Below, piece after piece: positions 40,612 through 49,208 of a stretch of 64,000 nucleotides of DNA. A program made the position numbers and the translations under genes. The notes beneath the pieces were generated by a model. It was given only the letters and a program-made list of their open reading frames with translations, searched no databases and had not been told where the DNA came from. Location: assembly GCA_963719035.1 (NCBI GenBank), contig CAVRAO010000012.1, positions 32,001-96,000 of the forward strand, in the 5' to 3' direction. The first letter of the stretch is position 1. Each line of letters begins with the position of its first letter. This DNA is from Methanobacteriota archaeon. GTDB lineage: Archaea > Halobacteriota > Bog-38 > Methanoflorentales > Methanoflorentaceae.

Positions 40612-41844
40612 ATGAAGGGCGTCACTGAACTTACACATAGTAAACCAATTATCGGACTCTCGATCGCGCTTATAATATTGTTGTGTAGCTCGGCCTTTAG
40701 CTCTGTGGTGGCGCAGACACCATCGCTTTCGAACACTACATCAAGCGCACAGAATCCTCCATGGCCAGTAAATTTATATGAGTTTTACAGAACCGACTGC
40801 CCGCATTGTCAAGCGATAGCGCCAACGATAGACGCGCTGGCACGTCAATACCCGACCCTTCACGTCTATAAGATTGAAACGCAAAATGACGCGAATTACA
40901 GCCTTTTCGTTCAGAAGTTCCTGCCAGCATATAATTTAACGATTGATTCTGTGCCGACCATATTCATCGGCAACAAGAAGTTCGTAGGCGGTGAGGAGTC
41001 AATGCCCGCACTGCAAGCAGAAGTTGCGAGGGCCGTTAAGGCTGGGGCAACGGGTCCAGGCGATAAGATAATGGGCAATGTCGTGCTGACCCCTGCACCT
41101 ATACCACGGACGAACAATACTACTCGTAACTCAACTGCGTCTGATGACGGGACAGACGTTCAAGGTGATTTTCCCCTCCCCCTCTTTATCACGACAGGGA
41201 TAATCAGCGGGCTGAATCCGTGTGTTTTTTCTGTGCTCATCTTCTTGATGGGGACGATCGCCCTAACTGGGTCGCGTGCGAGGGCCATCGCCATCGGGGT
41301 CGCATATATTGCGACCGTGTTTTTTGTATTCTTCCTTTCAGCACTAGCCGTCGTGCAGTTTGTCCGAATTATTGGCGCTTCGAATCTACAATTAACGAAG
41401 ACTTTGATTGGCGTTTTTCTCTTAATCGTCGGGATTGTGTCTATCAAGGACTTCTTTTGGTATAATCGCTGGTTTAGTTTCAAGATCCCGACGTTTACAA
41501 AACACAGCATCAGTACTCTCGGAAAAACCAGTTCATTTATTGCGATTATTGCGCTCGGTTTTATCGCTACGATTGCTGCTTTGCCGTGCACAATCGGTCC
41601 GTTTACGTACTTTTCAACGACATTCCTAACCAGTATGACTACGATGCAAAATTACCTCTACACGGCCCTCTTCTCATTTGCGTTTGTTATTCCAATGATC
41701 ATCGTCTTCGTTGCGATATTTGCGATTAAGGTGAGCACGGACAGGGCTGAAGAGTGGAGAATGAAATCAGCGCGATATATGCGGCTTATAGCCGGGCTTC
41801 TGATGGTATCATTTGGGCTCTTGCTGGTCTTCAGAGTGTTCTAA
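40612..41844 (+). CDS. Secreted thioredoxin/glutaredoxin domain fused to CcdA/DsbD transmembrane domain
   Basis: Signal peptide, CPHC, VP, then LNPC...LPCT TM domain. Confidence 0.85.
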   Translation: MKGVTELTHSKPIIGLSIALIILLCSSAFSSVVAQTPSLSNTTSSAQNPPWPVNLYEFYRTDCPHCQAIAPTIDALARQYPTLHVYKIETQNDANYSLFVQKFLPAYNLTIDSVPTIFIGNKKFVGGEESMPALQAEVARAVKAGATGPGDKIMGNVVLTPAPIPRTNNTTRNSTASDDGTDVQGDFPLPLFITTGIISGLNPCVFSVLIFLMGTIALTGSRARAIAIGVAYIATVFFVFFLSALAVVQFVRIIGASNLQLTKTLIGVFLLIVGIVSIKDFFWYNRWFSFKIPTFTKHSISTLGKTSSFIAIIALGFIATIAALPCTIGPFTYFSTTFLTSMTTMQNYLYTALFSFAFVIPMIIVFVAIFAIKVSTDRAEEWRMKSARYMRLIAGLLMVSFGLLLVFRVF

Positions 41845-42365
41845 AACAACGTAGGCATCCTTATCTGTTAAATTGCAGTTATAAAGCGTCGCTACTAACG
41901 TTATAAAAAAGCTCAGCGGAAATAACAAAAAAAGATCGTCATTTGTCGGAAGCTTATAAAAATGGATGAACGGTGTTCTCGAAAAGCCTTCAAAACGGAA
42001 ACGCACAGAAGGCCCTATTACACAACTGACCGAAGAGACGAATTGAACATAAAGAAGAGCTTGGCATCGTTAGTAATCTCTGCGCTTCAGCCATCATACG
42101 TGAGAGACTCCAAGCACCTGTTCTACGCTGCGGTGAACACTAAAGATCGTGACTACATGCAGGTTGAATCGTTGAAAAACTGATCTAAATGACGAACTGA
42201 CAAAAGTATCGTCGACACCTGCCTAGTTTTGGGAGGATATGCCCCCATATTCAATATAGCAAAACCCTGCGACGCCCTGTTCCGTAAGTATGTTTGCTGT
42301 CCTCCCAAGGGTTTAATAGCCTGCAAAAACGTTCAAAAGGACTTTCGCCACTATGTCACGCTCTT

Positions 42366-42725
42366 TCAGATTGTGCGGTCAAGAGCTATAGCAAGTTGTT
42401 CTGTATGTGTTCTTCCTTGTCTTAAATGAGGACAATTTCCAGACCCATCGCTCGGTTGTTCCAAATTGGGATCGTCAAGCAATACCGGCTTGAGCTTGAC
42501 GCCTTTCCATTTGACCACGCGCTTTCTTTTGGTAACAGGCTTAAAACCGGCTTGTTTGCAGTGCTGATAAAAGCTCTGTGGACCTACGGTATGGCGCATT
42601 CGTTTGAGGTGCGTCCAGTCGCGGTACCTTTGCCAGAGCTCCTTATGTGACGCTTCAGAGTTAGCCTCAATTATACAATTGTCACGAAAGAAACGAACTA
42701 CGTGTGAATTGTTTTTATTGGACAT
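42366..42725 (-). CDS. Stand-alone primase/helicase (D5/P4-type) C-terminal winged-helix-like DNA-binding domain
   Basis: VVRFFRDNC...KELWQRYRDW...QSF...AGF...WKGVKL pattern. Confidence 0.6.
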   Translation of the reverse strand: MSNKNNSHVVRFFRDNCIIEANSEASHKELWQRYRDWTHLKRMRHTVGPQSFYQHCKQAGFKPVTKRKRVVKWKGVKLKPVLLDDPNLEQPSDGSGNCPHLRQGRTHTEQLAIALDRTI

Positions 42726-42777
42726 AACCGTGTGTTGCTTTGTTCGAGAGTTTCGTCACTCCACAACTTTATTTTAT

Positions 42778-42801
42778 ATTGATATATGTAAATATGTCTA
42801 T
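42778..42801. promoter_or_regulatory. Putative ArsR operator
   Basis: ccacaacTTTATTTT followed by ATTG ATATAT GTAA ATATGT CTAT. Confidence 0.7.
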
Positions 42802-42918
42802 ATATTAGTTCGGTATTGTAATGGCTGCTGAACGATATTGACCGTTGTGCTTGCAATCGGCTGATCTTTCACTCTTAAAGGCAACCGTAAGAGGATGCTT
42901 GTAGAAAAAAAACGGAGA

Positions 42919-43331
42919 AAGGAGAACGAAAATGACAGAAGAGAAGCAAATGATTGTTGATGAAATCCTCACGATGATGGAAAAGGGGTTGGGGGAGGAG
43001 CCGAAGCCCATGGCGCTGATGTCAAAGCTTATCCCTGAGTGGATTCCGAGACAAGCCCAGGAGAAGAAGTTCGTAATGGAGCAACTAAATCATATTCCAT
43101 CCAAATACAAACATCTCATCATGATTGCTGCTTCGGCGGCCGTCGGTTGTCATCTTTGTACCGAGACGTTCATCAAGATTGCCTGTCGCGCCGGCGTAAC
43201 CAAAGAGGAAATCGCGGAGGCAATCCTTGCAACCCGGTTCGCCCTGGCCTCCACCACTTTTGCTACGGCGGTTGAGGGAATGGAATTTTTAACCTCCAAG
43301 GAGTGAGGGAAATGGACGAATAACGACACTA
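42919..43331 (+). repeat. 413-bp direct repeat, copy 2
   Basis: Near-identical to 37068-37480, offset 5851 bp. Confidence 0.92.
42932..43306 (+). CDS. CMD/AhpD-like protein, copy 2
   Basis: Identical to 37081-37455 except one V/A change. Confidence 0.88.
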   Translation: MTEEKQMIVDEILTMMEKGLGEEPKPMALMSKLIPEWIPRQAQEKKFVMEQLNHIPSKYKHLIMIAASAAVGCHLCTETFIKIACRAGVTKEEIAEAILATRFALASTTFATAVEGMEFLTSKE

Positions 43332-43524
43332 CGGCTCTCACATTACCCAAACCTAACTTTACTCGGTCTTTATGTAGTGGTTGGCATACAAACAAAAGAG
43401 CTGCTAAATGTACACCGCAGCAAAATCTTGGCCTACCACGCAAACGCGGAGTAAACACCAAGTAAGTGCCACAAGGCATTTACATTTGATGTTGTTGGGG
43501 CTGTTTTCAACACGTGTTAGAAAA

Positions 43525-43944
43525 ATGAACAAGCAGACAATCCCGTTCCTGTGCACGCACAACGCCGCACGCTCGCAGATGGCTGAGGGGTTCGTCAACG
43601 CACGCTTTGAGGATCGATATATAGCGCGCAGCGCAGGAAGCGAACCGACTGGGGTGCACCCATGCGCCATCGAAGTAATGGCCGAGCTCGGCATCGACAT
43701 CTTGAGACAGCATGCCAAATCATTGAGCGAGTTTGATGATGCGCCATTTGACTATGTTGCTACCATGTATACTGACGCCGCGGCGAACTGCCCAATTTTT
43801 CCTGGCGGAGCAAATTACCTCCACCATCCCTTCGACGATCTAGAAGCAGGTGGCGGATCTGGCCTCGAGCAATGCGCGTCTTTCAGATACGTGCGCGACC
43901 GAATCGGAGAGTGGATCGAGGCCACATTTTCTGATGATCCGTGA
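43525..43944 (+). CDS. arsC: Arsenate reductase, second copy (first resolving Cys replaced by Tyr)
   Basis: FLCTHNAARSQMAEG; TMYTDAAANC versus TICADAAENC in copy 1. Confidence 0.85.
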   Translation: MNKQTIPFLCTHNAARSQMAEGFVNARFEDRYIARSAGSEPTGVHPCAIEVMAELGIDILRQHAKSLSEFDDAPFDYVATMYTDAAANCPIFPGGANYLHHPFDDLEAGGGSGLEQCASFRYVRDRIGEWIEATFSDDP

Positions 43945-44077
43945 GCGTATAGCGATATCAGTCGAATACGATTTAACGCTAAAAGTCCAGAGCTAGTTTG
44001 ATGTGTCGTTTCAGTTACGAGTTTTTTCGTTACGAAGCGTGCGACTTGAACGACGCGAATCCACAAGTATATATAAA

Positions 44078-44101
44078 ATCAATATATGCAAATATGAATA
44101 T
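44078..44101. promoter_or_regulatory. Putative ArsR operator downstream of a TATA box
   Basis: ccacaagTATATATAAA followed by ATCA ATATAT GCAA ATATGA ATAT. Confidence 0.75.
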
Positions 44102-44136
44102 ATAAACCAGCGCGTAACGTGCGAGAGGGTTACAAC

Positions 44137-44394
44137 GTGGAAGTCAAGATTCTGGGAATGGGATGCGCAAGGTGCAACAGCCTTGAAAAGATGGTTCGCG
44201 ATGTGGTCGCCGAACAAGACATTGATGCCACAGTAAATAAGGTCACGCAACAGCGGGACATATTAGCATACCCTGTTTTGGCCGTTCCTGCTCTCGTCAT
44301 TAATGAAGAGGTCAAGGCGTTCGGTCGCCTGCCAAGCAAGAAAGAGATTGCCGATTGGCTTATTCAAGCACAGCAAACCCAAGTGAAACAATGA
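44137..44394 (+). CDS. Small redox-active disulfide protein (MTH895-type thioredoxin)
   Basis: VKILGMGCARC...VPALVIN...GRLPS; GTG start after GAGGGT. Confidence 0.88.
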   Translation: MEVKILGMGCARCNSLEKMVRDVVAEQDIDATVNKVTQQRDILAYPVLAVPALVINEEVKAFGRLPSKKEIADWLIQAQQTQVKQ

Positions 44395-44810
44395 ATGATA
44401 GTTTAAAAACGTTAGTAGCTTTAGCTTTGCTGAGCGTGCTCATAATAAGTGTGAGCGGCTGCACTGCTGAGACCTCAGGAAACACGCTGAGCTTCGTAGG
44501 AGGCACGTCGCACCCCTCTGACATAACCACTCTCTTGAAAAAAGGCCCTGTCTTGCTGTACTTCGGCGGTAACTGCACAAGCTGTGCGGAGCAGAAAGTG
44601 ATCATTTCAAACCTCGAGAAACAGTACAACGGGACTGAAGTAACGATACTGCGGATTGACCCATTAAAGGATACAACGCGCAAAGACGTGAATTATGGCG
44701 TGACGACCATCCCGGAAACTATTGTGGTACGGAGTGATGGCGCAGTTGCGAAAAGCGTTGGATTGACCGATGAGCAGACCCTGAAAAACACGATTGAGGC
44801 GGCACGGTAA
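44391..44810 (+). CDS. Thioredoxin-like lipoprotein
   Basis: Lipobox VSGC, PVLLYF...CTSC, IP; ATGA overlap with the upstream gene. Confidence 0.85.
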   Translation: MNDSLKTLVALALLSVLIISVSGCTAETSGNTLSFVGGTSHPSDITTLLKKGPVLLYFGGNCTSCAEQKVIISNLEKQYNGTEVTILRIDPLKDTTRKDVNYGVTTIPETIVVRSDGAVAKSVGLTDEQTLKNTIEAAR

Positions 44811-45466
44811 TGGAGATAAACCCTTTAATCGCTTTTGGAGCGGGACTTGTAAGCGTCTTCTCCCCATGCGTACTTATCGTTCTTCCAGCAGTCATGGCAT
44901 CATCGATAGACCGTGGGAGGTGGCGACCGCTCGCAATCGTACTGGGGCTTAGTATGTCGTTCACCGCTATGGGGTTGTTAGCGTCCGCATTCGGCTCAGC
45001 CTTTCAGAGCGTTAAAGGTTATCTGGACGTAATTGCCATCATCATCGTGATGTTCATTGGCGTGTGGATGTTGTTCAACTTGCACCTACCATATAACACT
45101 CCACGACTGGGGTTCGTCGATGCTGTCTCGAAACGATCGACTAAACTCTCGGGTGAAGGAATCGTCAGCGGTTTGTTGCTCGGGATGTCGCTTGGGATCG
45201 TCTGGTTACCGTGCACTGGTGCAGTGTTAGGCGCGATACTTACGTGGGTCGCAGCACGTGGTAATGTGCTCACAGGCGGGCTTCTTCTTCTGGTATACTC
45301 GCTCGGATTCGCTGTCCCGATGCTAGCCGTTGCGTATTCGACGAAGGTGTCATCAACTCTCGTTGCCAAGACTGCAAATACTATTTGGATAAAACGAGCT
45401 GCAGGATTGGTGCTTCTTATCGTTGGCGTCTACCTGATAAACCAGCGTTTTTTTCTGTTAGGCTGA
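44810..45466 (+). CDS. ccdA: CcdA/DsbD family thiol-disulfide transporter
   Basis: SPCVL and WLPCTG motifs, 6 TM. Confidence 0.9.
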   Translation: MEINPLIAFGAGLVSVFSPCVLIVLPAVMASSIDRGRWRPLAIVLGLSMSFTAMGLLASAFGSAFQSVKGYLDVIAIIIVMFIGVWMLFNLHLPYNTPRLGFVDAVSKRSTKLSGEGIVSGLLLGMSLGIVWLPCTGAVLGAILTWVAARGNVLTGGLLLLVYSLGFAVPMLAVAYSTKVSSTLVAKTANTIWIKRAAGLVLLIVGVYLINQRFFLLG

Positions 45467-45530
45467 GAAGGCTTGCTCGTCATACTGACGCAAGACGTAG
45501 TGGCACATTTTCTGGAGGTACAGAGTCAGC

Positions 45531-46379
45531 GTGAACGCTTATGACGCCTCCTACTATCCGAAAGATCAAGGAGAGCAATACAAGAGACAAGCTTTTCAAG
45601 CTGATCTCCTCAAGCTAACCGTCGCTGTCGTTGCAGAGTTGGTTATTTTTCTCCTCTGGTTTGATGGACCGGTGAGAGAGCGCTATGAAATCCTCGTCCA
45701 CATAGCGCTGCCCATATGCATCGTCCTGCCGATCTTAAATTATCGTTACCTGATCGTGGTGCCGTTCATAGCCTTCTTGCCCGACATGGCGCGAGTGTTT
45801 GATGTCGATATCTCACATTCCCTCGTTATTTTACCGCTCGTCTTCGTAGCAGCCTTCGTGCCTTTTGTGCGTCGCCCGAAGACTGCACTGATCGCAGGTT
45901 ATGCAGCCTTCGCTATCTGGGCAAGCCATCTTATTGTTGATGCACGTAAGTATGCGATTATTGAAAATTTTAGTGGCTATCCGTGGAGCGATCTAGTGTT
46001 TTATACACTCCTTTTAACCGTACTAGGCTTTTTGCTTGTGCAGGTCTTGCGTTTCGGCGATGCCCGTTTCAAGGGGGACGGCTACGGACCTAGAGACAGC
46101 AGTTTAAGCAATCGGACTCCGCTAAGCAGTCAGCCTCCGACAGATGTTCATCGCTTGGACGATACTATGTCGAGCGCTATCTCAAGGCCGCGGTTATCTA
46201 GAACGATAGAAGTGACTGCACCTGAAGGGACCTCTGAAAGATCCAGAGGTAATAAGGCGAGGGATCCTTCGAGTTCATCTGATCATAAGCTGCAATTCGA
46301 TTATGACGGGTTTGTTGTCGGGGATGTGACCTCAAAAAAGGCGCTGAGGAGCAAGATAAGGGGTAAGAAAGGCTCATAG
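45531..46379 (+). CDS. Membrane protein, possible metal-dependent hydrolase (YdjM-like)
   Basis: LPD, SHSL, SHLIVD motifs in TM context; disordered C-tail. Confidence 0.55.
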   Translation: MNAYDASYYPKDQGEQYKRQAFQADLLKLTVAVVAELVIFLLWFDGPVRERYEILVHIALPICIVLPILNYRYLIVVPFIAFLPDMARVFDVDISHSLVILPLVFVAAFVPFVRRPKTALIAGYAAFAIWASHLIVDARKYAIIENFSGYPWSDLVFYTLLLTVLGFLLVQVLRFGDARFKGDGYGPRDSSLSNRTPLSSQPPTDVHRLDDTMSSAISRPRLSRTIEVTAPEGTSERSRGNKARDPSSSSDHKLQFDYDGFVVGDVTSKKALRSKIRGKKGS

Positions 46380-46439
46380 ATGCTCTTTGTCGCGCAATCG
46401 CTTTTGATGCGCTACAAAATACATGAAGCTAAGCGAAAT

Positions 46440-46595
46440 ATCAACGGCATCCAGCGTCAGAAGCCCCGTGAGCATTCTGATCGTTGTCGTTTTTCCGGCG
46501 CCGTTTGGACCGAGAAACCCGAAAAGATCAGAATCAGGAATGCTAGCTGTTATCGACGGTGTGATGGTGCCGAATCGTTTTTTAAATCCTTAACG
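46440..46595 (-). pseudogene. Remnant of ABC ATPase 5' end (paralog of 30854)
   Basis: Minus strand DLFGFLGPNGAGKTTTIRMLTGLLTLDA, isolated and truncated. Confidence 0.8.
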
Positions 46596-46684
46596 CGATT
46601 ACTGCGTTATTTTCAAGTTTAATTTCTTATCACGATTTTAAAGGCGCGTCGAGTTGAACAAAGCAAATCCACAGCTATATATCT

Positions 46685-46708
46685 ATCAATATATGCAAAT
46701 ATCTATAT
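46685..46708. promoter_or_regulatory. Putative ArsR operator abutting a leaderless start codon
   Basis: ccacagcTATATAT followed by ATCA ATATAT GCAA ATATCT ATAT, then ATG at 46709. Confidence 0.75.
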
Positions 46709-47332
46709 ATGATGGATAATCGCAATCTTATCACCGCGCTAGCGGTTGTGGCGCTGTTAACAGTAGCAGCGACGACAGCGGGTTGTGCCACTAATACTAA
46801 TCCTGCACCAACTCCGATCCCTGCGACGCAGACGACGGTTGGGAACAATACGACGTTTTCGAGCGGTGCGGGTTTCAACATCACATACAACAAAGCTCTG
46901 AAGTTAGACTCGTCGACAAATGCTTCAGCTCCCGTCAGAATGTACATCTATCTGAGCCCAAATGAAACAGTTGATGGTGTTTTGGTCGCCACAAAAAGTC
47001 TTACGGCCGGTCAAACACTAAGCGACTTCGTAGATAGCGACGTAAAGGAGCTTAAGAACTACAGCAGTACAGGGTTTTACAAGAACTTTACCATTCTCAA
47101 CGAGACCAATTCCACAATTAGTGGAAAGCCTGCGCACACTATCGTTTGGTCTGGAATTATCCCCATTCAGTATAGCAAGACTCTGGTGACTAATAAATCG
47201 GTTAAAGTGATGCAAACTTTCGTCGTTAATAACAATATGGGCTACGTTATGACGTACAAAGCTATTTCCAGCGACTTCGACACGTATCTTGCGCAAGCAC
47301 AGCGAATAATGAACTCGTTTGCGCTGACTTAA
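46709..47332 (+). CDS. PsbP/Mog1p-like lipoprotein
   Basis: Lipobox TAGC; [21 protein letters not shown]...IMNSF. Confidence 0.8.
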   Translation: MMDNRNLITALAVVALLTVAATTAGCATNTNPAPTPIPATQTTVGNNTTFSSGAGFNITYNKALKLDSSTNASAPVRMYIYLSPNETVDGVLVATKSLTAGQTLSDFVDSDVKELKNYSSTGFYKNFTILNETNSTISGKPAHTIVWSGIIPIQYSKTLVTNKSVKVMQTFVVNNNMGYVMTYKAISSDFDTYLAQAQRIMNSFALT

Positions 47333-47353
47333 AGAACTCCTATTTAACCGGGT

Positions 47354-47546
47354 AGCGAGCAACAATTTCGAGCTCGCTATTGCGGTCGCCATAGCGGTCT
47401 TTGGCATCGGTTCGGGGCAGGCGTTCGCTGCTGTGATAGGGCCGCTCATTGAAGTCCCTGTTCTCATAAGCTTGGTGAACGTAGCGCTCTGGTTTTCTGC
47501 CACTCGTTTTCTTCCAACGGGAGAATCGACGAGCACTCAGGTATGA
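47354..47546 (+). pseudogene. acr3: 3' remnant of a second acr3
   Basis: [47 protein letters not shown]...TGEST...* with no 5' part. Confidence 0.88.
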
Positions 47547-47695
47547 ACACACAAACGTGCCACGTCGGTGGGGCAACATAGCGCCCGTGGAACGAGTCGA
47601 CGTCGTTTAAACGGGTAAAGCATATTAAAGCGCGAAGTGAACTCTATGGTACTCTTTAATAACAAGAAAAACACGGCAGAAAGGAGGAGACGACG

Positions 47696-48286
47696 ATGGT
47701 AGAGAGCCCCTCATACAACGTTGAAATAAAGGAAGATAGTTTTGAGATTAGAGCGTACTCGTCATATATCATAGCTCAAGTTGACGTGGAATCAGATTTT
47801 GATGGCGCGCTCAGGAACGGATTTGAGATTCTTGCGCATTACATTTTTGGAGGAAACAGGAAGAAGGAATCGATCCCTATGACGGCGCCCGTGTCCGAGG
47901 AAAAGGTGTCAGGCTCCGAGGAAATCCCGATGATGGCCCCGGTGACGTCAGAAAAGATAGCGATGACTGCGCCAGTAACCGAAGAACAGGCGGGAGAACG
48001 TGCCTACCGAATCTCCTTCGCCATGCCATCGAAATTCACGCTCGAGTCGCTCCCGGAGCCGCAAGATCCGCGGATCAGGTTTAAGGTGGTCGAGGGCCGG
48101 AGAACGGCCGCGATAAGATTCTCGGGCCGTGTGCACGACAAACTCGCGAGCCAGAAGACCGAGGAACTTAGGGCGTGGCTCTCAAGGAACGGCATTGTAC
48201 CGAAATCAAACTTTGTTATCGCTTTATACAACCCGCCGTTCATACCTGGCATCTTTAGAAGAAACGAGATTATTGTGGATATTTAA
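47696..48286 (+). CDS. SOUL family heme-binding protein
   Basis: ESPSY...FEIRAY, GF..LA.YIFGGN, IPMTAPV (three times), YNPP...RRNEI. Confidence 0.92.
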   Translation: MVESPSYNVEIKEDSFEIRAYSSYIIAQVDVESDFDGALRNGFEILAHYIFGGNRKKESIPMTAPVSEEKVSGSEEIPMMAPVTSEKIAMTAPVTEEQAGERAYRISFAMPSKFTLESLPEPQDPRIRFKVVEGRRTAAIRFSGRVHDKLASQKTEELRAWLSRNGIVPKSNFVIALYNPPFIPGIFRRNEIIVDI

Positions 48287-48588
48287 AAGCGACAGGACAC
48301 CCATATACGTAACTCAGGGAAGGAAACCTTCTTTCTTTTTTCTTAAAGTAGCTCCGTTGCACTCGCGCATCAGCGGGGCCTAGGCGGCTCAGCGCATATA
48401 TCATACCGGATTCGATCGCTTGAGGGATAAACCCTAAACGAACTGCATCGCGTATCGAGGACCTTGGATGGCTGCCGATGATGCACTTGCTTTTTTAATG
48501 AAATCGCTGTTTGCTCTGTTATTCTAGTGCGTAAGTTCAAATAAAAGGAAGAGAAGGTTAGATTGACCTAAAAAAGGGTGATTGAAAA

Positions 48589-49002
48589 ATGAAAAATATT
48601 GTAGAAACCGCGATTGACGCTGAGAACTTTACGACGCTAGTCAAAGCAGTACAAGCTGCGGGTCTTGTCGATACGCTGAGCGGGCCGGGTCCATTCACGG
48701 TCTTTGCGCCGACTGATGCAGCATTTTCAAAGCTGCCTTCAGGAGTGTTAGACAGCGTATTAAAAGACAAAGAAGAGCTTACTAAGATACTCACGTACCA
48801 CGTGGCATCAGGGAAGTATACTGCAAGCGCTGCGAAAAAGATGAAATCAATACCGACGGTTCAAGGCCAGTCGCTCAAAGTGGAAGTTCATCACTTATTT
48901 CACAGAGGCGTTAAGATAAATGACGCTGAAGTGATACACCCTGATATAGAATGCACTAACGGGTTGATCCACGTTATTGATTCTGTGCTGATGCCAAAGT
49001 GA
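48589..49002 (+). CDS. Fasciclin (FAS1) domain protein, paralog of 16765
   Basis: [29 protein letters not shown]. Confidence 0.93.
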   Translation: MKNIVETAIDAENFTTLVKAVQAAGLVDTLSGPGPFTVFAPTDAAFSKLPSGVLDSVLKDKEELTKILTYHVASGKYTASAAKKMKSIPTVQGQSLKVEVHHLFHRGVKINDAEVIHPDIECTNGLIHVIDSVLMPK

Positions 49003-49208
49003 CGTTATTTTCATCTGTGGTAGAAGCTGCCGAAATTTGAAGCGCATTAGATAGTTGATTTCAGGAGGGTCGTTGTTAACAACCCTCCTACTTTTTTTGC
49101 TACAAACTCGATGGTCCAAGTAGGCATGAGCTACTGGAGCGCTATCGCCTTGGATCTAAGGGCCTTCTAAGCCAATAGCGTCACTTCGCTGGTAACAAAA
49201 TGCCGGCC

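Noticed and set aside
22356-46708. Dispersed ATATAT palindromes as MITE/IS ends or CRISPR repeats
   Set aside because: No transposase, target-site duplications or regular spacing; they always sit at promoter positions.
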